A DNA stretch of 53,307 nucleotides, counting the filler, from Sphacelaria rigidula (lineage: Eukaryota): the NCBI GenBank assembly GCA_964200075.2. It is 4 parts of 4 records of this genome, joined end to end, with 100 filler letters (N's around TTAATTAATTAA, not from the genome) between each part and the next. Parts side by side here need not be neighbours in the genome. Positions count along the whole stretch, not along the records: positions 13,353 to 26,604 come from CAXNAA020003025.1; 3 more parts are not named here. The stretch is one strand, 5' to 3'. The position numbers and the translations under genes were made by a program. Shown here one piece after another: positions 13,253-26,704 of this stretch (position 1 is the first letter of the stretch; each line of letters begins with the position of its first letter). A model generated the notes under the pieces. The model was not told the DNA's origin, searched no databases, and worked only from the letters and a program-made list of their open reading frames with translations.

Positions 13253-13352
13253 NNNNNNNNNNNNNNNNNNNNNNNNNNNNNNNNNNNNNNNNNNNNTTAA
13301 TTAATTAANNNNNNNNNNNNNNNNNNNNNNNNNNNNNNNNNNNNNNNNNNNN
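13253..13352. other. Artificial contig spacer
   Basis: N44-TTAATTAATTAA-N44 (stop codons in all six frames). Confidence 0.97.
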
Positions 13353-14131
13353 CCGTTGACCTCGCATCGCAAGAGGGGGGGGACGGGGCCCGCGTAGTTT
13401 TGGTGGAAGCGGGGGGGGGGGGGGGGGGGGGCGGTGGTAGTCGAGTTTCGTCACATCTTCAGTCGTAGTAGGTGAAAAATGACAAATTATACTTGAGAAA
13501 CTTGCTCGCAGATTACTGACGCACTTTAGACACCGGATGGAGTAAGAAGGCGTCCATTCATACAATTAGCTGGGTCGGCTGAATGTCACAGTAAAATTCG
13601 AGTGATGATTGGTCGATTGTTGGAGATGGGATGTGTTCGAGGTGTTTACGAGCATGGTTTCCTCGTCTGCATTTTGTTCGCGATTTCGGTTTGGGCAACG
13701 CATACTCTGAAAATAATTTAGCAAGGGCGAAGAGGGAGTACCTTCCTTTGATCCGGTTGGGCTAGGCTTTTGCTTTTTACGCGTTCTTACCCCCAAAAAC
13801 TTTTGCGTCTCGTTCAAAAAAGGCAATTTCGAAGCGGAAACCCGGCCGAGGCGTTACAATTACTTGCTTTTAGTGTGGAAAGCCGAAAAACCAAGAACCC
13901 ATGATTTATGCGAATAATATGCGCGCATGAAAATCAAAAGCCTAGGTTGCGCCTTGCAATCCGATTATTTCATGTCTTGTGGTGCGAAACTATCCCGGTA
14001 CGATTAATTCCCGAATTTCAAACGCCATATCCCGCTACACCCGACCTCCAACTTTCGCCAAAGCAGTCGTTTATCACGTGTTTGCCCAATGTCTGCTTGT
14101 CAAGGGTCTCATCTTCGGGGTACTCGTACAC

Positions 14132-15497
14132 CAGGGTTGCACATCGGATATCCAAAATCGATAGGATTTCGATAAAAATCGGCGGTATGCCATATCGGTA
14201 GGGGAGCGTAGAAAACCGATATATGTGATATGTACCAATATCGAATATCCATATCGAATATCGATACGCTCGATTTTTCTGCGTTTTTTTGTCACATTAG
14301 CTCAATTTCGCGAAACCGTCGTCACAAGAAACGCAGGGGGGGGGTGGTATTTCCCGAACGGCAGGCCCCCAATAAATGTGCAACCCCGCCCCCCCCCATG
14401 CCTTACTCCACAAGGTCCGTTTCACACACCACACACCGCTGGTGCCTCGTGGGTTAAGGGTTTAGTGATATGATTCAGCGGGGGTGTTTACCAACGGCAA
14501 CATACGGGTGGCGTGGCGGAGTAGATATGAGAACACGATCAACGCAAAGCTGCCGATAACAGTAGAAAACATCTGTCCTTCGGTTTATAAAGGGACGGTT
14601 CTGTCGCTTCGCCTTTCCTTCATGTTTGACGAGTGTTGGATTTATTTTCCCCTCCATCCATTAGATTGGACATTCTAATTGTTGCAAGCTTCGTGGTTTC
14701 TTCTCCTTGGCTGGTGACATACAAATATATATTTGTTTGGCATCCAAAAATTAAAACTTGACGCATGCTGCCGACGTTTCCTGTAATTGTTATTATAGTG
14801 AAGAACGTGGGGAAAAAAATAGCTCGCACTTGAGTTTGCGCATGTCCCACGTTTTACACCTTTTCCTTTTCTAATGAATATGCAGGGTCGAGGTGTGCGC
14901 TAGTTCAATCTAAACACATGAAATAGTGACCATAGAAATGAAAACAGTACAACCAACCACACCCGGCCCGCTGTGATCAACTACCTCTTGCACGGCGACG
15001 AAAGATATTCGCAAGACAGCTTTATCACCGCATGCCGCCGCTGCTATGATGTCAATTTGCACACTACCCGCTGCTGTACATCATGTGTACACTGCTGTCC
15101 ACTGGAAACTACCGCAAGTTGCTTGAGATACCACTCCCTCAGGAGCGATTTTCAAAGCTCGATTACTTTTTCTCGACGAGATGGTTGCAACGCCGCCCAG
15201 TTCAGCCCTGGGATCGCTTCTGGTGAGGAGTAAGTGAGCTTTGAAAATCTGTGTAGGGGATGTGGTATCTTATTAAGCGACCAACAATAGTGAGTGAGGG
15301 TGTCAGTGTGCAAGTGTACTGCTCAGTCTCGTACACTGCGGCCCTACCAAAACAGCCGTATATCGTATCGAATATCGATAATCGATACGTACCGTGTCAT
15401 CTTCGAAATATCGACAAAAATATCGGTATCGGCGGTTGTGGGTCGATAATCCAAGAATATCAATCGAACTTTATTCTCGGTCCGATATGCAATCCTG
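14132..15497. mobile_element. Non-autonomous hAT-like transposon
   Basis: TIRs CAGGGTTGCACATCGGA and (reverse complement) CAGGATTGCATATCGGA. 8-bp TSD TCGTACAC/TCGCACAC. ATATCG/ATCGAT-rich subterminal regions at both ends. Confidence 0.85.
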
Positions 15498-15848
15498 TCG
15501 CACACACCTAGCGTCCGGGGGGTTTATTAAGCCCGCTGAGTGTCCACAGAACGACCAGCAAGTATCTTTCTGCTTGAAGCTTATTTCATCAACTGAACCA
15601 TGATGCTGACGTCTACCTTCGCCTAGAATCGGCATCATTTCACTCGAAAAATGAATAAAATGCACAGATTGCCCACCATAGCGGCCGAGTCATCACCAGA
15701 TGGGTGCTTTTGGGCGAGGGAGCTAGCGAGAAAATTATATTTGAGATCTCTTCGACAAAGGACGGAAATTTGGGATTTTGACTGCAGGCGCAATGGACGA
15801 CAAACACGAACGTTCAATATCGTATAGTGACAACGAACAAATACAACA

Positions 15849-16173
15849 ACGCCGGTCTATACCTTAATCTGGGCGCACCAGCCGCGGTCACACAGGAGGA
15901 AGGTCAACACTGGAGCTTCTTCTTCATTTGTTTCTAGTACCCCACCTTCTTTTTGGGGTGTTCACCTTTGTTTTTTATCGCGACGGGGGTTCGGCAGTCC
16001 CTTTCCCTCGTCGAGCGTTACCTCAATTGTTGCGTACTGTGTACCCACGACTTTATTGCTCTCCACTGTTGGGCATGGTGAGAAAGAATCCCAGATCGCT
16101 CCGAGAACTGAACCCACGACCCAACCGTCAGAGGGTTTCAAGGTTACCAACTAACTGAGCCACCGGGGCGACC
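15849..16173 (-). mobile_element. tRNA-derived SINE, family 2
   Basis: Reverse-complement head 'ggtcgccccggtggctcagttagttggtaacc...gtcgtgggttcagttc' (A box, degenerate B box). Body is collinear with 43299-43643. Confidence 0.8.
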
Positions 16174-19100
16174 AGTACTTTTGGAAATATCCCATCTTCA
16201 GGAGAACGTATTTTACCCGAGATCGGGGCTAGTATTGATCGATTTTATATTTGGCTCTAGTATGGACCACGATATTCGAATCTTCACAGGACTCACGGTC
16301 CCATGCACGCGCGCAGCGTGAGCACAGCGCGTGAGCATTTTGGCTCGAATCAGTCGAGGCGCCGATTTGGGCCAAATCAAGGTACTCATCGCCCAGGAAA
16401 CGAAGGTAATGTAACCTCCTCGCCCGAGGGTTCACGGTCTGCTTTGCGGTCGGGTCAGGACTAATACTCGATAAAAAGTATATTTCAACCATTGCTGCTT
16501 GACCCCTTTGGGATCGGGTTCGCAGAAACATGTGGTTTACACATGGGGGCCTTTTTTTTGTGAATCGACATAATTTTCAATCGCTCCCAAGTAAAAATCA
16601 TGCCGATTGACCGAAACGCCCCTGCATGCAAGCCACGTGTTCCTGGGAACCCGGTCCCATAAGGATGAACGGCGCCTGACTGGGGTGAACCCGCGTGCCT
16701 CCCTCCGACCAACATTTCCACCATCCACCTGCCAAAAAAGGGGAAAATAATAATCTTGTGCTCGCACAAGCTTTGAGCCCGTCGCCCACATCTCATTCAT
16801 GCCAACAACCTATACACCAGATAACGTCATCATCATCACCCTCAGGAATAACGGCAAAATCAGTTCTACACGCAATGTATTTCATTATGGAGCGTGTTTG
16901 TACGGAGCTGTGAGTTTCTCAAACTGCACGACACAAGCAGCAGTACGATTTTCAAGGGCGCCCCGCTCCGCCTTTCGTAAATATCAAGTTGGAATCAAGT
17001 AATACATACTTGAATGTTGGAAGAGAAAAGCGCGTTTCCAGATGAATAACAGAGGGGGGGACAAAATGCGCGTGCACAGAAAACGTGCAAAAAGGCGACT
17101 TAGAGGGGGTTGCCACACTCATTTATATTTGTTGAGAACGGCCCGGACACTTTGACCGCCAGGGTGAGCCATCTGTCTGGTGAGACAACAGAATCTCTAT
17201 GGCACATGAAAATTATCACGACTCAAATCATCCACCCTCTAGTGGTCAGAGGATTGAAAGCCAATCAAAGCAGACAGAAAGATTCAAGGATTCATTCCTA
17301 GGAGCCTGAAAGAGCAAACCCCCATAGTCAGGGAAGCGGCCCGATCGAGTCAAACGTACGCCCAATCACCACCTGCTGCAGCAAAGATCTCAAAACTCTT
17401 CGTCGCGAGAGGGTCAACGGTTGATGTCGATCACAAGGACCCTTTTTTGACCGCGGCGGTGGGCAATCTAGCGAATGGAGAAACCTCCAAAAAATAATGC
17501 AAAGTCGAGAGACACAGATGGCAGACTACGGCGGTCAAGGGGTCAGCCTTCGACCGCCAGGGTCCTTCATCCGGGTTTATACGTTACAGCAACTTTCCGA
17601 GTAAAATCAGAGGCATCTCCAACTCGGGGTTCCCGGTATATACCTAAATGTTGTAAATTAGGACTACTGTACTGTTGTTAGGTATGCCCGGAATCTCAAC
17701 TTTGAGACACCTCTATTTTGCCCATTCCACAAATACCCCACCCTGCCTATCAAAGCGTTGACGGTGCAACAACCGGAGGTACGCAACCGCACGCAACGGG
17801 GTATCATCCGCGAGGAAGGCTCTTGTTCACGGATCTGGCAAAAACTTTTCAAGGACGCACACAGACGCCTGTCCTCCGGCTTTCGAACGATTTTTTCCTC
17901 TAACCATATAAATACGCGCTACACGGTACGGCACTTTGATCGGGGTGCCGCTGGCGCCGCCGAATTTGACCTTTTCTAGAAAAACGTCATTTGTGTCAAC
18001 AATATCCACATTATTGAATCATTTTCAATATGCTTAACCTGTGCCTAAAGCCCATCGGTGAGGGGCGCGCGACGAAGCACGCAGGCAAATCCAAGGTCTC
18101 CAAAGGAGGAAGCTGAAAAAAGTGGATTCATCCAGACGCATTTTCTGTTATGTCTCTTCCGTTCTGCGCACCGCATATGCTTGAATGTATGTATGCACGA
18201 TCGTTGTGCAGTAGAGTCTAGCGCGTGCGGAAGGTTAGCCTTGCCAGGTTGCGCATGTCGTGGCTCGCGTACAACAGTAGTAGATGAGAGAGTATCCATA
18301 GTTATACACCAATACCGTGTAGCATATACAGTCTTGTGTCGATCACGGAGGGATACTCATCAGGAGCGAAAGTCGGTCGAGGTGAGAACGAACGTTCATT
18401 TTATTTTCGTTCACGGCGGGTGTATCCCATGATTATATCAATACAGCTGGCGCGACGAACGAGCTGAAACTCCAGTACCCTCCGGCTGGAAGGTACATGT
18501 TTGGATGCGATTGTTTACATGCCTACACATAGATGGGTACGGCTACGTGGAAATGTTAATATACTTTTCGCCCGCAACGTGTCTGCCCAGCTGTTCGCCC
18601 CGAGTCATGATCGCGTGCTCCAGACTGTAGGATATGCTCTCAGTCCCTCTCACACCACAAGATGAGAGAATATTTATGCGCATTCATTCTCCGCATATTC
18701 CAAGTTGTCTTCTTACGAAAGAAATCGAAGAAAATAGAAATAAATACGAAATGAATTGCGGATGCGGCGTCGAAGAGACAGCAGTACAGGCGGTGTAATG
18801 CAATGCACAGCCGTGTTCCAGCTATTAGCTGCATGTATCTCCCCTAACTGAGTGTATTGATGGACAAATACCTTCAGGGCAAATGGCTTTTAGTGGGGAC
18901 GAGATTTCACCCAGAGTAAACGGAAATATGCAACTCCTCGAGTAAAATGTTGCAGTGGTTGTTGGTGATGTAGCTTTTCGGAACAGTAGTTTTGACATTT
19001 TTCTCAAATAATTTGGACACCGCAACAGGATACAGCAGGGGCTCACTCACCTGTATCCAGAATCAACCACCCCCGCAGTCGTCGCTAGCTCAACGAGTGG

Positions 19101-19375
19101 CACATCACCCCGCTGGCTGAGTAGTGACTGCCCGCTAGTAAAACGCTTACAGCAAACAGAATATAATTTTGCAAGTGGTCATGATGCCCATTCATCAGGT
19201 GAATGGACACCTCAGGCGAGCAAGGGGTTCGACCGTACCCTTCTTGGCAAGAAGTAAGAGTGCAGCTGCTTGAATAAAAACTTCGAGAGAAACCATCGCA
19301 CAAACACACATGGATCGATGAAATGGAAATACAGGAGAACGAGATGACAAAAATCGTAAGTCGACATCAACTCAC

Positions 19376-19557
19376 ACAGTGAGGGACAGGATCCTGCCGT
19401 GAAGGACCAGGGACGATTCCAATTCAAGGATTTCGCAGAGCGTGGGCGCCGGTTCAATACAGCTGCATCCCTCCACGCTGCTCATCCGAACGAAGGCAAG
19501 AGCCACCGCAGCACCAGCAGCGGTGGCGGACGCACTTTTGGATAACCATCGAAACAT
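19376..19557 (-). CDS. Candidate first exon: signal peptide plus TIMP/NTR-like N-terminus
   Basis: MFRWLSKSASATAAGAAVALAFVRMSSVEG-CSCIEPAPTLCEILELESSLVLHGRILS, followed by a GTGAGT donor. Downstream exons were not resolved, so it may be a pseudogene. Confidence 0.4.
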
Positions 19558-20313
19558 GATCTTTTATCCTCCTAGGCAACGTGCTATGATGTCGATTATT
19601 ACTGCACAGGAGTGAACGCGTGGCTCGACCTCTCAAATGCTGGCGGTCTCTTGTCTGGCGCTTGCTGCTTGTGCTCCGTGCTGATGCTCGTCTCCGTGCG
19701 TCACGGTTTCAGTGTATCCTGAGAATGTGGGGTGTGACGGGTGACTGACTGTGCTGTGCGGTTTTGTACTGAAGTGGTTGTGGCTTGTTGTGGCTGCTAC
19801 TGTCTTGTGGTGTTTCGGGGAGGGAGCCAGACAAGCGTTGGCCGGCTGCGTTCCGAAAAGAAAATACACAGAAATTTCTTGCGGGAATAGATTCGGTGAA
19901 GCGGGTACGAGAAATCGCACATAGCCCAATATATGGTATTTCTGTGTTTTTTTCACCCATTGTACTTGTTTCAATTTTTATCTCAGACCCGCACGGACTA
20001 AAAGAATCCGCGAACGTAACCAAGAAGAGAATCCAAAATATAGATAGTACTACATCGACAACAACAACAACTACATCGAGCACATAGTCCGCTGGTAGCA
20101 AATACATACTGAAAATCATTCGCAAAAAGCACGGGAACACAGTACTGAACTAGAAAACTACCTGTCAACAATACGAAATATAACTGGAAATTGCCTACTC
20201 GTACCTGTCTGTGGTCAATGGAAATCACGACAAGCATACGAGTAGAAGCAGCAGCGAGGATACCGGCTTCTTTCATTCAAGCCCATCTCTTCTTTTCCTG
20301 ACCATCTGAAAGC

Positions 20314-20560
20314 ATGTCCGGTCTTCTTGTCGAGTCTTACGAGATGGAAGAGAAGCAACATACCGTTGTGGCAGAGGGAAGCAGTCTTCTAGTGGGCGAC
20401 AATGGCGTTGAAACGAACAGTGCACGGCGGCAGCAGCGCATAAGATCTATGTGGGTGTTGCTACTCGTGGCGTCCTGTGTCGCGGCCCTGTCAGCCTATT
20501 CTCATGTTTTGAAGCGGTCAAGATCCGACACTGCCTCCGACAATGCAGCTGCTGCCTCAG
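20314..20560 (+). CDS. Candidate first exon of a type II membrane protein of unknown function
   Basis: ATG start, hydrophilic N-tail, basic patch RRQQRIR, TM-like WVLLLVASCVAALSAYS, and a CAG|GTACGG donor. No in-frame next exon was confirmed. Confidence 0.35.
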
Positions 20561-20923
20561 GTACGGTAGACATGTTGAGCATTTCATGGGGGGTGGTCAA
20601 GTATTGCATGTCCTAATGAAAGCCCCGCAGTTGGTCCAGCCGCTGTGTGTTTGCATGCCTTTTGCGAGTATTTCGGTACTAGCGGCAACACTCAAAACTC
20701 TCAACCCTCGTCACGATACTTTTGTACAAGACCTGCGCAAAAAAAAAAAATGTTTTCGAACAAAATCTGACCTCTTTTCACCTCTCGTCGCGCACTGCTG
20801 TAACGCAACCCCAGATCGAGGCAGATGGGCGTGTTAGCTATGGTTTACACGGCATGTAGCCAAAGGTTCAGTGGGTTGTAACGCTCATAGCGTGCGTACG
20901 ACTGTACCTCCCCAACTGAGCAC

Positions 20924-21147
20924 CTCTGCAGGCGATGTCTGCTGAATGATTTTGGACATTTCGTCATTATCCAGCGTATTGCCCAGCACAGATTCATGAT
21001 CGCTTGCGAACACAGCACCCCCTAGGCGCTCATCATGTGGAAATGAGCGCACCAGCGTGTCCAGGTATGCATTCACCCACGGCGTACGATTCAAGGGCGT
21101 GCTGCCGGTATTGCCGAGAATCCAAGTAATCGCTTTGCTTAACTTGC
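20924..21147 (-). CDS. Candidate internal exon of an unknown protein
   Basis: tgcag|...GAG|gtg boundaries enclose an open 224-nt frame (KLSKAITWILGNTGSTPLNRTPWVNAYLDTLVRSFPHDERLGGAVFASDHESVLG...). Confidence 0.3.
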
Positions 21148-21348
21148 CTGCACGCCCGAACGCGCAGCTGGCTGATGCATATGCTGTCAGTGTTGTGTCC
21201 GACTAAAATAGTGCACGAAGTTTCAAGGTGGTGACTCCACCCACGACCAAGATATTTTCTTCCCCTTGTTAAAAAAACAATACGCCAAACCCCAACCCAA
21301 CCTTCGCATTCCATCCTCCAACAAACATTGATTAATCAATTCGGTATT

Positions 21349-22455
21349 GGAGAGTTTCGGAAAACGTTTTTTCAAATCTTGGAGTCAGAGTGGAAGGAAA
21401 AATAGCCGGTAACGGCGTACTTTCCGCTATGAAGTGTTCTTCGGAGCGAGTTTTTCAGAGTCAGAGTGCCGTTTGCACCACTTCACTCTGAAAACCGTTG
21501 TTCCTCTTCAGAGCTCATAACGGAATGAAAAAGAACCACGCCCACCTTCACCACCGTGGTCACCTCCAGTCCAAAGTCAATACATCCTGCCAAGCAAAGT
21601 AAGACATTCATCATCCACCAAAACTGCCGTGCTCATCACAATGGGCCATTCACGAAGTAGAAAAGCTTGGCATCGCAATCAGAAGACCTCCCTGACGCCG
21701 CCATGGTATCAGCATCCGCTTGGTTGTGTTACGTGAAAATTCAAATGCTCGACGGGTACACGTTGCCTTGGGTGCAGTTCCCCACTCTTGCCAGCTACTC
21801 TTGCCAGCTTCAGCTGGAGGAATAAGACGGTGGGGACGATTCGTAATGTACGCAGCGCACAAGCATTACTGCACCTGGCTGTATTCCCATCCCGTGAGAG
21901 ATCATTACGCCTTGCACCACCGCTATGGGTGGGATGTGGTAAATCATCGCAATGCGGCCGAGGTCTGCTGTTTGAAAGTGCTGCGCACCGTACTGTCTGT
22001 ACTAATGTTTGTACAACTGACTCTCTGTGCGGTATCGCTGTACAGTAGTTCACTGCATCGCAATGCACTGACAATTGTAGGATTATGTATTGCACTTTCT
22101 GCACTGCACTGTGCTCCACGCTGCATAGCACTGCAGCACTACAATGTCCTGTAGTGTGCCGTAGTGAATGGAAGTACTGCAGGTGCAGTGAAAAAGCGTA
22201 GTGTACGGTGCGTAGGATGCCGCAGTGTACGGTACAGTCAGCGTTGTGCTGGCCAACGCACTTTCAAACTGGACCTTGGTCGATCGTACATTCGGCGGGG
22301 CAACCTGCGGCCAATCACTGCGACAAAAAAATATCACGTCAAGCCACGTCACATCAGCTTCCGCTATGAACCTTTCAACGTTCACTATGAAGTTTAGAAG
22401 CTTCCACTCTGCACTCTGACTCTATGATAAAAAAAAACATCTTCCGAAACTCTCT
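21349..22455. mobile_element. Non-autonomous TIR element, PIF/Harbinger-like
   Basis: ~50-bp imperfect TIRs (GGAGAGTTTCGGAAAACGTTTTT...GAGTCAGAGTG versus reverse complement AGAGAGTTTCGGAAGATGTTTTT...GAGTCAGAGTG), with a 3-bp duplication ATT on both sides. Confidence 0.75.
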
Positions 22456-24745
22456 ATTATGTGTACTATTTTTTTGTAATCAACAATCGAATTTTTTGTT
22501 CTAAATGCTGTGATTTTTGGTTGCGGGCCAAATGCGGGAATCCACAAATATAGTGCGGGCATTCTGATATATTGAATTATATTTTCTTGTTTTTTTTTCC
22601 GGCTCAGGACTGGTATGCGACACGAACATATTGTGACAGCGTTATTCGTTTCCGATCACATGGAGGCGGTGTTTGGGAAGGTTACGCCTCAAGATATTCG
22701 GTACCTCGCTTGTTATGGCGCCGAAACTTGAAGGATTCGTAGATTTGTACTATTTATACAGCAAGGTGTCACAGCCACAGCCGTAGCCGCGAAAGGCGCT
22801 GAGGGCCCGTTCTGCATTCAAACGGTGGATACCAGGGATGACGGTACACTCTTTTAGCACTTCATGTCTGATGACGATTGTATTGGGTATGGTAACGGTC
22901 AGGCCCGCAGGCTGCAACGGATCCCGTCAGCCTCATCATTAATCTTCGCCCAGTTAGGGATGAGCGCCCGAAGAAACCCAGCAAATGGGCATTGTTCAGG
23001 CTTCCGTTGTATATTTGAGGGTCCAGGTCTGAAAGTTCTCGGTCCAAGTCGCTCGACAGGTCAGGTTTGAGCTTCTGTCGCGCGACCACTGCGTTCTGCC
23101 ACGGACCCTTGGCGGTGCACCCGGCAGGGGGCAACGCTCCCGTATAGATGGTTGCAATGCTAGCGTATCCAAGTTGCTGACAGCCGGTAAGGTGGTTCAG
23201 TGTTGTTCTTCTAGCGATATCAACTTACAGTGCACTGGGGGGAAGTTTGTACGTGAATATTTTGGCGATTGCCCCACTTACATTTCGCCCACATCTTGCG
23301 GTTTCTTTCACAACCTCACCGCGTTAGATCAAATGTGGAAATGTACCACGCCCTGGGCAAAATATTTCTACAGTCAGTATGTATACGATGCAAAAAAATG
23401 TACTGCTCATAGTATGGAATCTGTTTCCTGCTGTAATTTGCGCAGCACTCGTACTTGAAGTCGGTAGCTGCGCGCATTCCACTTTGGTCGCAGTACAAGC
23501 GTCTGCGTTTATGCTGTGACGAACTGCATGAGACAGCGGGGGATTAATACAGCACAGGGATACGCGACGGATGTGACATTCTGCGATGTGCTATGTCACT
23601 CTGCACCCTGCCGCTGTGCAGTGAGCAGGCAGTACCGCCCAGGGCGTCACTGCTGAGCTTGGTACGCAGAGTCAAACACAGACAGCGATCAGTATTTTCT
23701 ACGTATGTGCATCTGGAGAATCCTGCACCAACTTCACCCTATTCTAGCGTATACAAACATCTTGTCAGTAAAAATCGCTTGCGATATGTGCTGTGACGGA
23801 TCTCGTGCGTGATGCGGCTTTCTCCGCCGTGGGGGGGTGGCCCGTAAAGCCAGTTGTTGATGCTGACAGTGCCCACCCCTCTTCCCACGATGGCCTTCTC
23901 TCGGAGCAGAAGACAATTTGAAACTGCGGAACATGAGTCTGTCTACCAGAGCCTACACCTTTCCAGACGTATGCCTCCATATCATCGAAAAGGAATGAAT
24001 AACACTGGTTGCTCCGGCCAATGCGTGATTCGCATGGAGGTCAGGCGCCTAGACAATGCGCATTTCGTGTCTGATGATGCTGAAATTTCGAGTCCATCTC
24101 AGTTGGTGCCAGCAGTACAGTGAGATGTCGAAACCACAGTTTCCGTGGCGCAAGGTGCCGTGGGCGCTGTGTGGGTTGAACACGGTATTACTAGCATGGC
24201 GCTCTTTCTGTTGTTCAGCACCCATTAGACACATATGTAAATGTATACACTTGAAGGTACGATATCATACCGGCGTGGAAGCAGCAATATATCCTGCCAG
24301 CAGTATCCTAGAACTTGGTCCGCTCATGGATCAACGCTCGGAGCAACATAGTATCAAGCACCCTTTAGGCTCCATTGTACATCTGAGTGTACTGGGCTCA
24401 ACCTTACCGATTCAGCTCTCGCGACAGCTCGACGTTAAGCTCCTCTGGCGCGAACAGTGGATTCTACGAAGGACCCCTGCACAGCCAACCACCACACAAG
24501 GGAGCAAAGTCCCCTTACAGGCATCACTAGATATTTGACAGTGGGCATGATGAAAGTCTGACAATCATGGATGTGCTTGCTTTTGTATTCTTCTCCAAGT
24601 ATCAGGGGAGGGCAGGGTTTGCACGTGATTTTTTGGTGGTCGAGCATCTTCCACTTCGCCTTGCTCTTGCGGAGTATTTTACCATCTATCTGGGGCCGTT
24701 TATTATGGCCATCACAAATCTCCACACATGGGACAGATTATCTCC

Positions 24746-25160
24746 CTTTAGCTTGAGCTAGCTCTTTCTTAGCGTAGCTCCCTACGGAACTATGAGAGCT
24801 TCATGGGGTACGCATGTTTGCCCCGGGTGAGCTATGAGAGTAACGTGAACTAGGCATGTTTATCCCAGGTGAGCTCATCAGCGCATGTTGGCCCTGGGTG
24901 GGCTGTAAGAGCTGTATGAACTACGCATGTTTGTCCTGGGTGAGTTACCAACCCGTAGCTCACCAGCGCATGTTGACCCTGGGTGAGCTATTGGAGTTAC
25001 ATGAGCTACGTATGTTTGCCCTAGGTAAAGTACCAACCCGTAGCTCATCAGCGCAAGTTCGCCTTGGGTGAGCTATGAGAGCTACATGAGCGACGCGTGT
25101 TTGCCCTGGATGAGCGATGAGGGCTACGTGAGCTGCGCATGTTTGCCCTGGACGAGCTAA
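24746..25160 (+). repeat. Minisatellite array 1 (~42-bp period, constant core plus two spacer types)
   Basis: About 9 copies of core CGCATGTTTGCCCTGGGTGAGCTA. Confidence 0.9.
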
Positions 25161-26094
25161 CAGACGTGCGCACCAGTCACGAAGTAGCAACGTTCCAACG
25201 CCGTGTTGGGTTGGGCATTTCCTACATTTGCGTATTTTGAAAAGGCGCACTCTACGTTCCCAAAACGGGGTAAAGTATTGAGATCGTACTCAATAACACC
25301 AAGATATTTGGCAGACTAATGCGGTCGTACCGAACTTTACACGCAGATGGGTGGACTTTGGAGATCGGGCCATCTCCATGCAAAGTTCGGGAGAGCTCAT
25401 ACCCGGGTATTTACCCTGCTCAACACACCCTTGGAACGTTTGACATTGCAGACAGGCAACCTGCCGGCCACCGCCAGGGTACGGGTATCAACATTCGCTT
25501 TTGTGTTGTGGATGAAATTGAAATACCAGGGGCGCACAAGGCGTTGCCTTTGCGTACAGCTCCTCACTAGTGCCAGTATCTTGTGTGTATGTTCAGCTGG
25601 GAGAAGACACCGTTCATAGTCTACTCCTTCCGCGCAGCAGCAATGATGCATTGCCGTTCCGTTGAAGGTCATGGCGTGTCCCGCCGTCGTTGTGGGTGGC
25701 ATGGCCGTGCATAATCGTTGCCATGTCTTGTCTCTTTGTTTGGAAGTACATTCGTGCTCCATGTACCACTGTACCGCACCGTACCGCAATGCACTGTACC
25801 GTGGTGTTCTGCATTGCAGTGTGCTATGCTGTAAGGTACTGTGCTGTAACTATACTGTTCTGTACTTTCATGTACGGGGTGCAGACATTTTTTCAGGCAT
25901 GGAGGCTGGGGGCTAGGGTGTGTTACTTCGCATGAACATAAAGAACTAGAGAAGAGTGCTATGGAGAAGAAAAAGTGCGATCTGATACGTCCACGTCATT
26001 AATGTTCTTGCGTGGTTCCAACCCTTGTTTGTAATTCTTCGCGTGCGACCGGAAGGCAAAATATGGAAAAGCTCCACACGTCGGACACATCAGC

Positions 26095-26515
26095 TCCCTG
26101 TAGCTCTAGCTAGCTCTTTTTAGCGCAGTTCCCTACTGAGCTATTACAGCTACACGAGCTACGCATAGTTGCTCTGGGTGAGCTATAATAACTATGTCAG
26201 CTACGCGTGTTTGCCTTGAGCGGGCTATGGAGCGTAGGTCATCAGAGCATGTTTGCCCTGGGTGACTTGACAACCCGTAGCCCCATCAGCGCATATTCGC
26301 CCTGGGTGAGCTATTAGGGCTGTGCATGGGCCACGTATGTTTGTCGTAGGTGAGCTACCAACCCGTAGCTCATTAGCACATGTGTACCCTGGGTCACTTA
26401 CCAACTCGTAGCTCATCAGTGCGCGTTTACCTTGGGTGAGGTACGGGGCGTAGCTAATGTGTACATATTTGACTACAAGTGAGCTACAGCCCGCAGATGA
26501 GCTGGCTCACGAGTT
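26095..26515 (+). repeat. Minisatellite array 2, same family and same leader as array 1
   Basis: About 8 cores. Leader 'agctagctctttttagcgcagttccctac' matches 24757-24785. Confidence 0.9.
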
Positions 26516-26604
26516 TTTTTACATGTGCAAATCTCGATCTGCACGCTCAGATCCGAATTTACCTATCATGGACCCCAATATGGCCCAGATCGGCCGAGCC
26601 CAGA

Positions 26605-26704
26605 NNNNNNNNNNNNNNNNNNNNNNNNNNNNNNNNNNNNNNNNNNNNTTAATTAATTAANNNNNNNNNNNNNNNNNNNNNNNNNNNNNNNNNNNNNNNN
26701 NNNN
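26605..26704. other. Artificial contig spacer
   Basis: N44-TTAATTAATTAA-N44. Confidence 0.97.

Noticed and set aside
13297-13308. TTAATTAATTAA as a biological motif
   Set aside because: Assembly linker centred in N runs, repeated identically three times.
24860-26420. Hammerhead ribozymes (CTGATGAG on the minus strand followed by a hairpin)
   Set aside because: The stem is followed by TCAC, not the required GAAA core.
24746-26515. CRISPR array
   Set aside because: Spacers are two recurring types rather than unique sequences, the cores are degenerate, there are no cas genes, and the context is eukaryotic.
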